From positions 62,001 through 126,000 of the forward strand of contig JAXLNO010000079.1 in NCBI GenBank assembly GCA_038087875.1: 64,000 nt of DNA, given 5' to 3'. Below, piece after piece: positions 38,501-50,500 of this stretch; positions within the stretch are counted from its first letter, which is position 1; each line of letters opens with the position of its first letter. Source of the DNA: Malacoraja senta (lineage: Eukaryota). The position numbers and the translations under genes were made by a program. The notes below the pieces were generated by a model. It was not told where the DNA came from. It made no database searches and worked only from the letters and a program-made list of their open reading frames with translations.

Positions 38501-41500
38501 CCTAAAACCTGACGGTTTCTAATATCTAAGCCAATTTTTTATTCAAGGTTACAGCCCACTTATTGAAGAAAAAGGCTGTTATTTGGCACATTATTAAATG
38601 GCTTTTGGAACTTTATATATATACACCAAACAATATATTTCCCTCGGTGGTACACAAAAATGCTGGAGAAACTCAGCGGGTGCAGCAGCATCTATGGAGC
38701 GAAGGAAATAGGCATATATTTCCATCTGTTACTTTATTGAAAACACTAAGCAGTTAATTAGTCATGATTTGCCATGGACACAAACCTGTGCTGGCTTCCT
38801 CTAATCACTCCAAACCTAATATGTCCAAACCAGCAATTGAAAGTGGGATATTCTGATTCAGTACCATTGTAGGTACATGGGGGAAGACAATAAATAAATG
38901 TTCATATTAATTATCCTTCACTGAGAGTGTTTGTTTCTGTTTTAATTAAAGATGGGGCTACGGACAGTTCCCAGGTACAAAACCATTAGAAACTTTGGGA
39001 ATGCCTAATACACATTATTGATTACCAATGGCATTGAGGAAAATAATAAATCTGCATGCCTTTGCTTCAATACCAACCTGAATTAAGTTGCTTTATAATA
39101 AACTCAAGCTGTCTGTTCATCTCAGTGTTCCCCTCTTTGATAAAACACTGTAGAATTTCTTCCATGCCCTATAATAATTTTGGAAAAGTTGCACAATTAA
39201 ATCAAAGCAAATAATATTAATGAAGAGATCTCTTCTTTACACCACTCCGTCCATAACCGTACTTACCATTGCTCTTGCCTCCTCGCGTAACGAAGGAATG
39301 GCAAGAATGCTGTACAAGGCCCCATTCACATATGGCCTTATCTGAAAGCAACAAATGGCAGTCAGTCAATGAAACAGAGAAACATAGAAAATAGGTGCAG
39401 GAGGAGGCCATTCGGCCCTTCGAGCCAGCACCGCCATTCATTGTGATCATGGCTGATCGTCCCCAATCAATAACCCGTGCCTGCCTTATCCCCATATTCC
39501 TTGATTCCACTAGCCCCTAGAGCTCTACCTAACTCTCTCTAAAAATCCATCCAGTAATTTGGCCTCCACTGCCCTCTGTGGCAGGGAATTGCACAAATTC
39601 ACAACTCTCTGGGTGAAAACGTTTTTTCTCACCTCAGTCTTGAATGGCCTCCCCTATATTCTAAGACTGTGGCCCTTGGTTCTGGACTCGCCCAACATTG
39701 GTAACATTTTTCCTGCATCTAGCTTGTCCAGTCCTTTTATAATTTTATATGTTTCTATAAGATCCCCCCTCATCCTTCTAAACTCCAGTGAATACAAGCC
39801 TAGTCTTTTCAATCTTTCCTCATATGACAGTCCTGCCAACCCAGGGATCAATCTCGTGAACCTACGCTGCACTGCCTCAATCACAAGGATGTCCTTCTTC
39901 AAATTAGGAGACCAAAACTGTACGCAATACTCCAGATGTGGTCTTACCAGAGCCCTATACAACTGCAGAAGAACCTCTCTACTCCTATACTGAAATCCTC
40001 TTGTTATGAAGGCCAACATTCCATTAGCTTTCTTCACTGCCTGCTGTACCTGCATGCCAACTTTCAGTGACCGGTGTACAAGGACACCCAGGTCTCGCTG
40101 TACCTCCCCCTTACCTAACCTAACCCCATTGAGATAATAATCTGCCCCCTTGTTTTTGCCACCAAAGTGGATAACCTCACATTTATCTATATTATACTGC
40201 ATCTGCCCACTCACTCAACCTGTCCAGGTCACACTGCAACCTCCTAACATCCTCTTCACAGTTCACACTGCCACCCAGCTTTGTGTCATCTGCAAACTTG
40301 CTAATGTTGCTCCTAATTCCCTCTTCCAAATCATTAATATATATGGTAAACAGTTGCGGCCCCAACACCGAGCCGGATGAAGCTGGATATGTTTTACAAA
40401 ATATGAAAAACAACTTTTTAAAATAATTACTTGGTAATTGTAAGGGTGCATTAACTAAATTTTACGTGTTTTTAAAATCATAGATTTGTATTACAAAAAT
40501 CTGAAAAAGAAAGCAGTCTTTAAATGTTAAAGCAACAAGCAACATATAAATTGGAGACATCTGATGAAGAATCCCAGATTAGAGGAGCAATAAATATTTC
40601 AGAATGATCATAATGTATCCTTCAACAACAAGGTTAAAAAGCTACTATTTATTCACATTTTGATAATCTTGCATCCCTACAAGTGCAACAATTGGGGCGT
40701 TTATGAGGAACTTTCCACAACAATTAGCTTGTTCAGGCACTTCTTCACAGGAAATATGTCAGCAATAGTTTTAAAGAGAAAGGAACTGGAGATCAGGACT
40801 ACCCTCAAACAGTGTCACGATAAACACAATGTTTAAGAAAGAACTGCAGATGCTGGAAAATCGAAGGTAGACAAAAATGCTGGAGAAACTCAGCGGGTGA
40901 GGCAGGATCTATGGAGCGAAGGAAATAGGCAAAGTTTCGGGTCGAAACCCTTCTTCAGACTCAAGATGTCTTCAGACAGCCTGAAGAAGGGTTTTGACCC
41001 GAAACGTTGCCTATTTCCTTCGCTCCATAGATGCTGCCTCACCCGCTGAGTTTCTCCAGCATTTTTGTCTACCCCAGGATAAACACATATCAACTACATT
41101 GATTCCACAATCCAAGTAGACATGGAGCTTTATATCACATACTTAGAGCCATTACCTCATAATTATCATGACCCAAAAGATCAGACAACACTTTCAACAC
41201 TCGTTTGCCATCTTCTACACATTTCCGTTTTCCTGAAAAGCAGTTAAAAAAAAATTCCTTCAGACCTGAGATACTTATAGAAATAATCTTTCATTTATTA
41301 CTTAGTAAGCAGGTTGTCCAACCTCTATTGACTTGTGCTGAAAATTATAGCCTAGGTCAAATGGAGAGTTTGACATTTCATCTCAAATATGGCAATATTT
41401 GTTTTTGCTTGACGTAATCAAAAGGATAAAATGATTTTAGAATCTTTAAAACTAATATAGAAATACCACAGGTATCTGAAGTTGCCCTATTCCGTTTGTA

Positions 41501-44500
41501 CCCCATTTTGAATAGAAATTTGTCTTCAGTGAAATGCAAAGTACCTGCCAACATGAAGATTTTCAAGAGAGAGTTGGATAGAGCTCATAGGGCTAACGGA
41601 ATCAAGGGATATGGGGAGAAAGCAGGAACGGGCTACTGATTCTGGATGATCAACCATGATCATATTGAATGGCGGTGCTGACTCAAGGGGACGAATGGCC
41701 TACTCCTGCACCTATTTTCTATGTTTCTATTTCATGGTCTTCTCCAACAAACATCCTTGGCTTGGGGTAAATGACAGAAGAAATAGTTGAGCAAAGCTTT
41801 TCGGCTCTATTCCATATCTATTCCATATGTAGTTACAGAAGTCTCACAGCAACTAGATTATCTTTAAAATGATAAAATCTCAGCAGCTTGCTGGATCTAA
41901 CTGATGTCATCAGAGAAATAACTTAGCTGTGTTTATGCCATTCGTGTCAGTAATATTAAACAAGTCAATTGTTAAATTAATTAAGATTTTTTTTCACCAG
42001 CTCGATAGTCCACGTTGGATTAAGAACAGAATTATAAATGTGCATATCACACAGAAATCACTTAAATACATTTCCATATTCCCTCTCTTAACAATGCAAG
42101 TTTGTCCCATTGTGGAAACAAGGAACTACTGGTACTGGTTTAGCAAGGATAGGCACAAAACGCTGGAGTAACTCAGTGGGTCAGGCAGCATCCATGAAGA
42201 ACATGAATTGGTAATGTTTTGGGTCTACTTGTGAGATTGTCCCATTTTCTGGGTGTGACTGGCAACACTTTGTGAGTTGGAGTTTGGAGTATTTATTTCT
42301 GGGAGAGTACCCTGTAAGTGTCAAGTGCTTATAATAATAATAATAATAATAATGGATTTTATTTATGGGCGCCTTATACCGAGGTCTCAAGGACACCATA
42401 CAGAGATTTATAGAAAACATATAATCAGAATTTAAAAAAAATAGGTTATAAAGACCAATACATAAATCAGGGACAGAATTCCTTCCAAAAACACAAAAAA
42501 AGAAAATCAGAAGCACAATTTGAGGAGAGAGCAGCGGCAATTTAACGCCAGCGTCCACTCTCCCCTCCGACCGCCATCTTGAACACACTAACAAATACAA
42601 TTACAAACAATTACATACAAAAATCATCCCCCCACAATGATTTCCACTGTGGGGGAAGGCACAATGTCCAGTCCCCAGCCCCAGTTCACCCAAAAAAGTC
42701 AGGCCAAATGAAGCCCCCGCTATTGCCTCTACGGAGGCCCGATGATCCTGGCCGTTCTCGCCGGGTGATGTAGCCCCGGCGTCGGGAGAGTCCTCCAGCA
42801 GCTGGGCCACCTGGAACGGCCGCATCCCTCACCGGAGGCCGCAACTACGGCTGGAACGGCCGACTTCCCGCAGGCGTCCGCAGCACCTGAAGCCGACAAG
42901 GCCGCGCCGATTTGGAGCCACGAGGCTCCCGATGTTGGAGTCGGCGCCGCCGCCCGCGAATGGTCGCTCCAGTCCCGGAGGTGTTGAGCTCGGCGGTCCA
43001 GCTCACCGGAGCTCCAGCGCGTCGGTCCAGCGCGGCGACCCAGGCAAGGCATCGCCCGCTCCGCTGCACGATAGCGCTCCAGCGCCGTGCCGCCACCGAA
43101 GCTGAGGGTGCTGTGCGGTTCCCGCCAGGAAACGCCGTTCCACGCCGCTCCACGCCCGCTGGTAGGCCGCGAGGACGGGTCGTATGGGCAGCCGGAGAGA
43201 AGGCTGCCTCACCGACCAGGTAGGGACCGGGAAGTGATTTCCCTTGTTCCCCCCACATCAAAAGGCAAAACAAATAAAAACAAAGACTTAAAGAAAACTA
43301 AAAACTTGGTAAAAAAGTACAATTAACGGACGGCTGCTGTTTTGCAGCCGTTCCTCAAGAGACATGAAAGTTCACAGATCTGCACACCATTCTAGACAAA
43401 ACAGCAAATCATTTGCAAAGTGGGGGACTGGATGGAAGTCAGTACTTACAATGCTGACCCATGCCATAAATGATTTTTTATTCAGGGGAAACCATACCAT
43501 TTTGCAAATCCTATCAGGATACAACATGGTGAAAGATACCTCTTACAAAACACAATGTGCTGGAGGAATTCAGCTGGAGGAAGTTCAGTCAGAAGAAGGG
43601 TTCTGGTCAAAACATTGTCTGTCCTTTTCCTCTGCAGATGCTGCTTGACCCGCTGAGCTCCCCCAGCAATTTCTGTTTTGGTCAATATTCCAGCATCTGC
43701 AGTCTCTTTATGTCTTCATTATTTATACTAGGGCATACCCCTAAATCTGGTGACAACTCCTTCCTGCCAATTACCCAGTCACGTGACCCTACCCCTGACT
43801 TCCGAGGATTTGCATAGTAAGTGGCCTAACCACCGGGTGGCGCCACATGACCCCCCCCCCCCCCCCCAGAACCGGATGTACAAAACTGAAAGGTTAGACG
43901 AACGAGCCAGCCAGACCACGTGCACACACCCTCCCCCATAGGGGACTCCCCCGAGGAAGGCGAAGGCGGGAGCGGGTGGGATCGCGGACGCCCCCGTCGA
44001 TGAGGCTGGGCCACCAACACGGGTTGACTCAGGTCAACATGGGCAGGCTTCAACCGAGCCACCAACACAGTCTCACGCCGACCCCCCATGCCCATAACAA
44101 AAGTTGTAAGTCCCCGCTGCAGCACCCGGAAGGGCTCATCGTATGGCTGCTGCAGTGGCGTGCGATACGTGTCACTGCGCAGGGACACAAAGGAGAGCAG
44201 ACGGAAGGTGGGAAGGCACCACCCATGGCAAGACGTCGGTACCGGAGCAAGCGGTCCCACCTTCTCCCGTAAACGGACCAACACAGAGGAGGGCGGCTCC
44301 TGCGACCCACGCGCCGCTGGAACGAAATCCCCCCCAAACTGTAAGCGGAGCACCATACACCAACTCCTCTGAAGAGGAAGCCAAGTCCTCCTTCGGGGCA
44401 GTCCGAATCCCCAGCAAAACCCACGGTAACTCGTCCATCCACTCCGGCTCGGTGAGCTGTGCCTTAGGGCAGCCTTCAGATGAAGGTGAAACCGCTCTAC

Positions 44501-47500
44501 CAAAGCGTTGGATTGGGGATGGTAGGCTGTGGTATGGTGGAGCTGAACCCCCAACAGGCTGGCCATAGCCGACCACAACTCAGAGGTAAACTGAGCCCCC
44601 CGGTCCGAGGAGATGTCCACAGGCACACCGACACGGGCAATCCAATGGGCAGCCAGGGCACGGGCACAGGACGCGGCAGAGGTGTCGGCCAGCGGGACAG
44701 CTTCCGGCCACCGCGTGAAATGATCCACCACCGTGAGGAGATGCGTGACGCCCTGGGACGGAGACAGCGGACCCACGATATCCACATGAACGTGGTCGAA
44801 CCGCCGATGAGGCACGGCAAACTCCTGAACAGGCGCACGGACATGACGTTGGACCTTAGACCCTAACCTGCCTCAACCACTTCATCTGGCTGTTCGTTCC
44901 ATGCATGCACCACCTTCTGTGAGATAATGATGTCCCTCAGATCCCTTTTACAACGTTCCCCTCTCATCTTAAATCCATGCCCTCTAGTTTTAGACTCCCC
45001 CACCCTGGGGAAAAGACTGACTATTCAACTTATCTATACCCTTCATAATTTTATAAGCCTCCATAATGTCACTCCTCAGCTTCTACTGCCCCAGGGAAAT
45101 AAAGTTTCAGCCTATAAGATATGATAGAACTTTATTTATCCCAGGAGGGAAATCCTGGGATAAATCTAACCTCTCCTTATAACTCAAACCTCCAGAGCCA
45201 GTAACATCCTTTTAAAATCATATTTGCACCCTTTCCTTTTTGATGACATTCTTCCTATAGTAAGTTGACCAGAACTGTACACAATACGCCAAACATGGCC
45301 TTATCAACTTGTACAGTGGTAACTCAACTGTACTCAATATGTGTAGGAAAGAACTGCAGATGCTGGTTTAAATCGAAGGTAGACACAAAATGCTAGAGTA
45401 ACTCTTCTTCAGTCTGAAGAAGGGTCTCAACCCGAAATGTCACCCATCCCTTCTCTCCAGAGATGCTGCCTGTCCCGCTGAGTTACTCCAGCATTTTGTG
45501 TCTATCTTCCTGTACTCAATATCCTAACCAATAAAGGCAGGCATGCCAAACACCGTCTTCACCACTCCATCTACCGTGTGGTTACCTTTATGGAACTGGG
45601 TGCCTCCACTCCTAAGACTCTGTGTTCTACCACACTCTCCAGGGACATTCTATTTACTGTGCAAGTCCTGCCCTAGCTTGTCCTGCAAAATACTTTGTAG
45701 ATACTGGAGTTATCAGAATTAAATCCAATCTGCCATTGCGTGGCCCACTAACCCAGTAATCAAGATCCCGTTGTTATCGTAGATATCCTTCATCACTGTG
45801 AAGTATAACACCAATTTTAGTGTCATCTGCACACTTACTAACCATGCCGCCTACATTCTCCTGAAAATCATCTGTAAATATGGGAATACCAGTGGATGGA
45901 GCATCGATTCCAGTGACACAAAACTTGTCGTCGGTCACCAGCCTGAAACCCCTCATCACCACACTCCGTCTGCTATGTCAAGCTAACTTTATATCCAATC
46001 GGCTAGCTCGCCATGGATTCCATGCGATCTAATGCTGCAGACCAGCCAAACATAGAGGTACCTTGTCAAAAGCCTTGTGAAAGTCCACGTAGCCAACGTT
46101 TAACACTATCTTCTTGATCACATTTTCAAAAAATTCTGCCAACTTGGTGAGATATGATTTCACACACACAAAGTCACTCTCACCATCCGTAAACAGTCCT
46201 TACCTTTCTAAATGTTTCTAGATTCTGTCTCTCAGAATCTCTTCCAATAACAAATGATATTCAGCTCACTGATCAACAGTTCCCAGGCTTTTCCTTGCAG
46301 TCTTTCTCAAATAGGGGCACAACATTGGCCACCCTCCAGTCTTTCAGCACCTCATCCATGGCTATCAACCATACAAGTATCTCTGCCAGGGACTCTACAA
46401 TTTATTCCCTAGCTTCTCACAATGTCCTCGGATTTGCTTGATCAGGTCCTGGGGATTTTTCTACCTTAATGCATTTTACGATCTCTAGCTTCTCCTCTTC
46501 AGCAATGAGGACACTCATCAAGACATCACTATCATGTCCATGAATCCTTAGCCTCCATGTTCATCATTACATCATAAAATCATGTGACAGGAGTAGAATT
46601 AGGCCATTTGGCCTATCAAGTCTACTCGGCCATTTAATCATGGCTGATCCATCTCTCCCTCCTAACCGCATTCTCCTGTCTTAACCCCATAACCTCTGAC
46701 ACCCGTACTAATCAAAAATCTATCTATCTCTGCCTCAAATATATCCACCGACGACCTCCATAGCCTTCTGTGGCAAAGAATTCCACAGTTTCACTACCCT
46801 CTGACTAAAGAAATTCCTCATTTCCTTCCTAAAAGAACATCCTTTAATTCTGGGGCTATGACCTCTAGTCCTAGACTCTCCCACTAGTGGAAACATCCTC
46901 TCTACATCCACTCTATCTAAGCCTTTCACTATTCTGTATGTTGCAATGAGGTCCCTCCCCTCATTCTTCTAAACTCCAGTGAGTACAGGCCCAGTGCCGT
47001 CAAACGCTCATCATATGTTAACTTATTCATTCATAGGATAATTCTTGTAAACCTCCTCTGGACCCTCTCCAGAGCAAGCACATCATTCCTCAGATATGGA
47101 GCCCAAAATTGTTCCCAATATTCCAAATGCGGCCTGACCAGCGACTTATTGAGCCTCAGCATTATATCCCTGTTGTTGTATACAAGCTCTCTTGAAATAA
47201 ATGCTTGCATTGCGTTTGCTTTCTTTACAACCAATCCGACTTGCAGATTAACTTTATGGGAATCCTGCACCAGCACTCCCAAGTCCCTTTGCACCTCCGA
47301 TTTCTGGAATCTCTCCCATAGAAACATAGAAAATAGGTGCAGGAGGAGGCCATTCAGCCCAGCGAGCCAGCACCGCCATTCATTGTGATCATGGCTGATC
47401 GTCCCCAATCAATAATCCGTGCCTGCCTTCTCCCCATATCCCTTGATTCCACTAGCCCCTAGAGCTCTATCTAACTTGCATCTGCATTTACTGTGAATTC

Positions 47501-50500
47501 CGAGGACATTACTGCATTTACTATCTTCCCCATTTAGAAAATAAACTACACCTATTCCTACTACCAAAATGCATGACTCCACACTTTGCTACACTATATT
47601 CCATCTGCCACTTCTCTGCCCATTCTCCCAACCTATCTACATCCTTCAGCAGTCTCTGCTTCCTCTACACTACCTGCCCCTCCACCTATTTTCGTATCAT
47701 TTGCAAACTTGGCCATAAAGCCTTCAATCCCTTCATCCAAATCATTAATACACACCATGAAGAGCAGAGGCCCCAGCACCGAGCCCTGCCGAACTCCGCT
47801 AGTCACTGGCATCATCATCATCATCATCATTGTTGAAAACATCAACGGGCACAGTGCCTTACAATGCTCTGTACGACAGTGATCGCAACTTCTACTGAAG
47901 TGTGGATGGCCGTTGGCTCGCTAGGAGCTCACCCTTTGACAGGTCTTGTTTTGGACCTGCTGGGGGTCCACAGCCCCTTCCTCAACTGGCAAACCAGGTG
48001 GGGGAGACAGTTTAGTCGCCGACCATCCGACCATGGAGCAGGTAGCATGGGATTACATGGTACCCTTGGTGGGGAGAATTCCCCCCGACCTGACCTGATA
48101 ACCAACCAGCCAACCAGAAAAGGCCCTCTTTAGCGAGACCTGGGCATCCTTGTACACCGGTCACTGAAAGTTGGCTTACAGGTACAGCAGGCAGTGAAGA
48201 AAGCTAATGGAATGTTGGCCTTCATAACAAGAGGATTTCAGTATTGGTGTAAAGAGGTTCTTCTGCAGTTGTATAGGGCTCTGGTGAGACCACATCTGGA
48301 GTATTGTGTACAGTTTTGGTCTCCTAATTTGANNNNNNNNNNNNNNNNNNNNNNNNNNNNNNNNNNNNNNNNNNNNNNNNNNNNNNNNNNNNNNNNNNNN
48401 NNNNNNNNNNNNNNNNNNNNNNNNNNNNNNNNNNNNNNNNNNNNNNNNNNNNNNNNNNNNNNNNNNNNNNNNNNNNNNNNNNNNNNNNNNNNNNNNNNNN
48501 NNNNNNNNNNNNNNNNNNNNNNNNNNNNNNNNGGTTCTTCTGCAGTTGTATAGGGCTCTGGTGAGACCACATCTGGAGTATTGTGTACAGTTTTGGTCTC
48601 CTAATTTGAGGAAGGACATCCTTGTGATTGAGGCAGTGCAGCGTAGGTTCACGAGATTGATCCCTGGATGGCGGGACTGTCATATGAGGAAAGATTGAAA
48701 AGACTAGGGTTGTTTTCACTAGAGTTTAGAAGGATGAGGGGGAATCTTATAGAAACATATAAAATTATAAAAGGACTGGACAAGCTAGATGCAGGAAAAA
48801 TGTTCCCAATGTTGGGCGAGTCGGGAACCAGGGGCCACAGTCTTAGAATAAAGGGGAGGTCATTTAAGACTGAGGTGAGAAAAAACTTTTTCACCCAGTG
48901 AGTTGTGAATTTGTGGAATTCCCTGCCACAGAGGGCAGTGGAGGCCAAGTCACTGGATGGATTTAAGAGAGAGTTAGATAGAGCTATAGGGGCTAGTGGA
49001 GTCAAGGATATGGGGAGAAGGCAGGCACGGGTTATTGATAGGGGACGATCAGCCATGATCACAATGAATGGCGGTGCTGCTCAAAGGGCCGAATGGCCTC
49101 CTCCTGCACCTAGTTTTTATGTTTATTGCCACTCTTTGCCTTCTGCCACCCAGCCAAGCTGATATCCATGCCAGATATCTTCACAGTAAATGCAGATGAA
49201 AAATATTCCTTTCGGACCCTTTCCCACCTTCCGTGCCTCTTCTCATGGGCAATGTTGTTAAGCTTCAAGGGAAACTATATATCTTTTATCAGTATACAAT
49301 AACAATCCCATCAAATGCATTTTTCTAATTGCAAGATAGGTGCAGGTAGGAAAGCTTATTGCCATATTATAGCTGTTACACCATACCTTGGGTCCTTAGG
49401 CAGAGGTTCATCAACAGTGCAACAGAATATTCCAAAGTGTAATCCGATAAAGAATCAGAGTCCTCCAGAACTCTTATCAGCCCGAAAATAATGTCATCTT
49501 TAATCATAGCTGATTGTAGTTTCCGTCTTAAGAGGACAAAAACAAATATCTAGCAATATTGCAACAATTTACAGGAACATCTCGATTGCAAAATTTGTTT
49601 TTAACAGCAATCCCGGATGATAACCAAACAGATCTGAAAACACTATCACAGCTTTATTTTGTTTGCACCCAATTAATTTTCCTGGTTTAAAATAATCTGG
49701 CAGCACTTAATATCTTGTGAAATGTGAAGGAAATTGGAATTCTGCCTTCTTGATCATCTGCATTGTTAGTTCTAAACTCTAGAACGTCCTCACTAAACCT
49801 GTCGACCATCCTCTTTCCTCCAATAAAATGTCACTTAAAATCTATCTTTGAGCACGATTTTGCTCATCCCTCATGATAGGTGACTGTGCCTTGCTGGGGT
49901 TTGGGGGTGATGGATTCCAAGAATACGGTCTGTAACATAATCATCTGTAACGAGAATATGCGCGCATGTTTCAAAAAAGTAAGTTGCAAGAAAAATTGCT
50001 TTTATTTCTTTACTCCTCCCCCCCCCCCCACATAAATTCTGTGAGGGTGAATTTCTGTTACCCGAATGGCTGGAACACAGAGTTGCCTGTATCTCCTCGT
50101 TATTTTGGGGTCAGATTATATTTTATTCTGAAGTAGTTAGGGACTTTTTTCTGCCTTGAAGTTATGACAGAAAAAACTTGTTGCATGTTTGTATCCAGCT
50201 TGATGGGAAAAGCGCTGTGATAACAAGAAAAAGCATTGTACCGCTGCCACACTTTTAAAATTAATAGTTTATGTCAAAAAAGATCACAATGGATATAACT
50301 AAGACCAATCGTTCTCCTCAACTTTCTGTTTTCAGGCTAAAAAGGTGGTTCCCCCTTGTACCAAGTTTTTCCTTTCTTATTATTTTTGGCTCTGATTCCT
50401 TTGGATTTTTAATCTGTTGCGTTGCATTATGTTCGTGCATCCTGTCATTACCTGAGGCTAAGTTTCTGTAGAGCCCCTAACACATTTTCTCTAGTTATGG

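Noticed and set aside
42579..43326. Overlapping GC-rich ORFs / apparent CpG-island promoter
   Set aside because: They lie inside a tailed repeat; ORFs in several frames are expected from high GC; no recognisable domain.
48256..48609. Tandem duplication within CR1
   Set aside because: It flanks an N gap exactly, so it is best explained as a contig overlap artefact.
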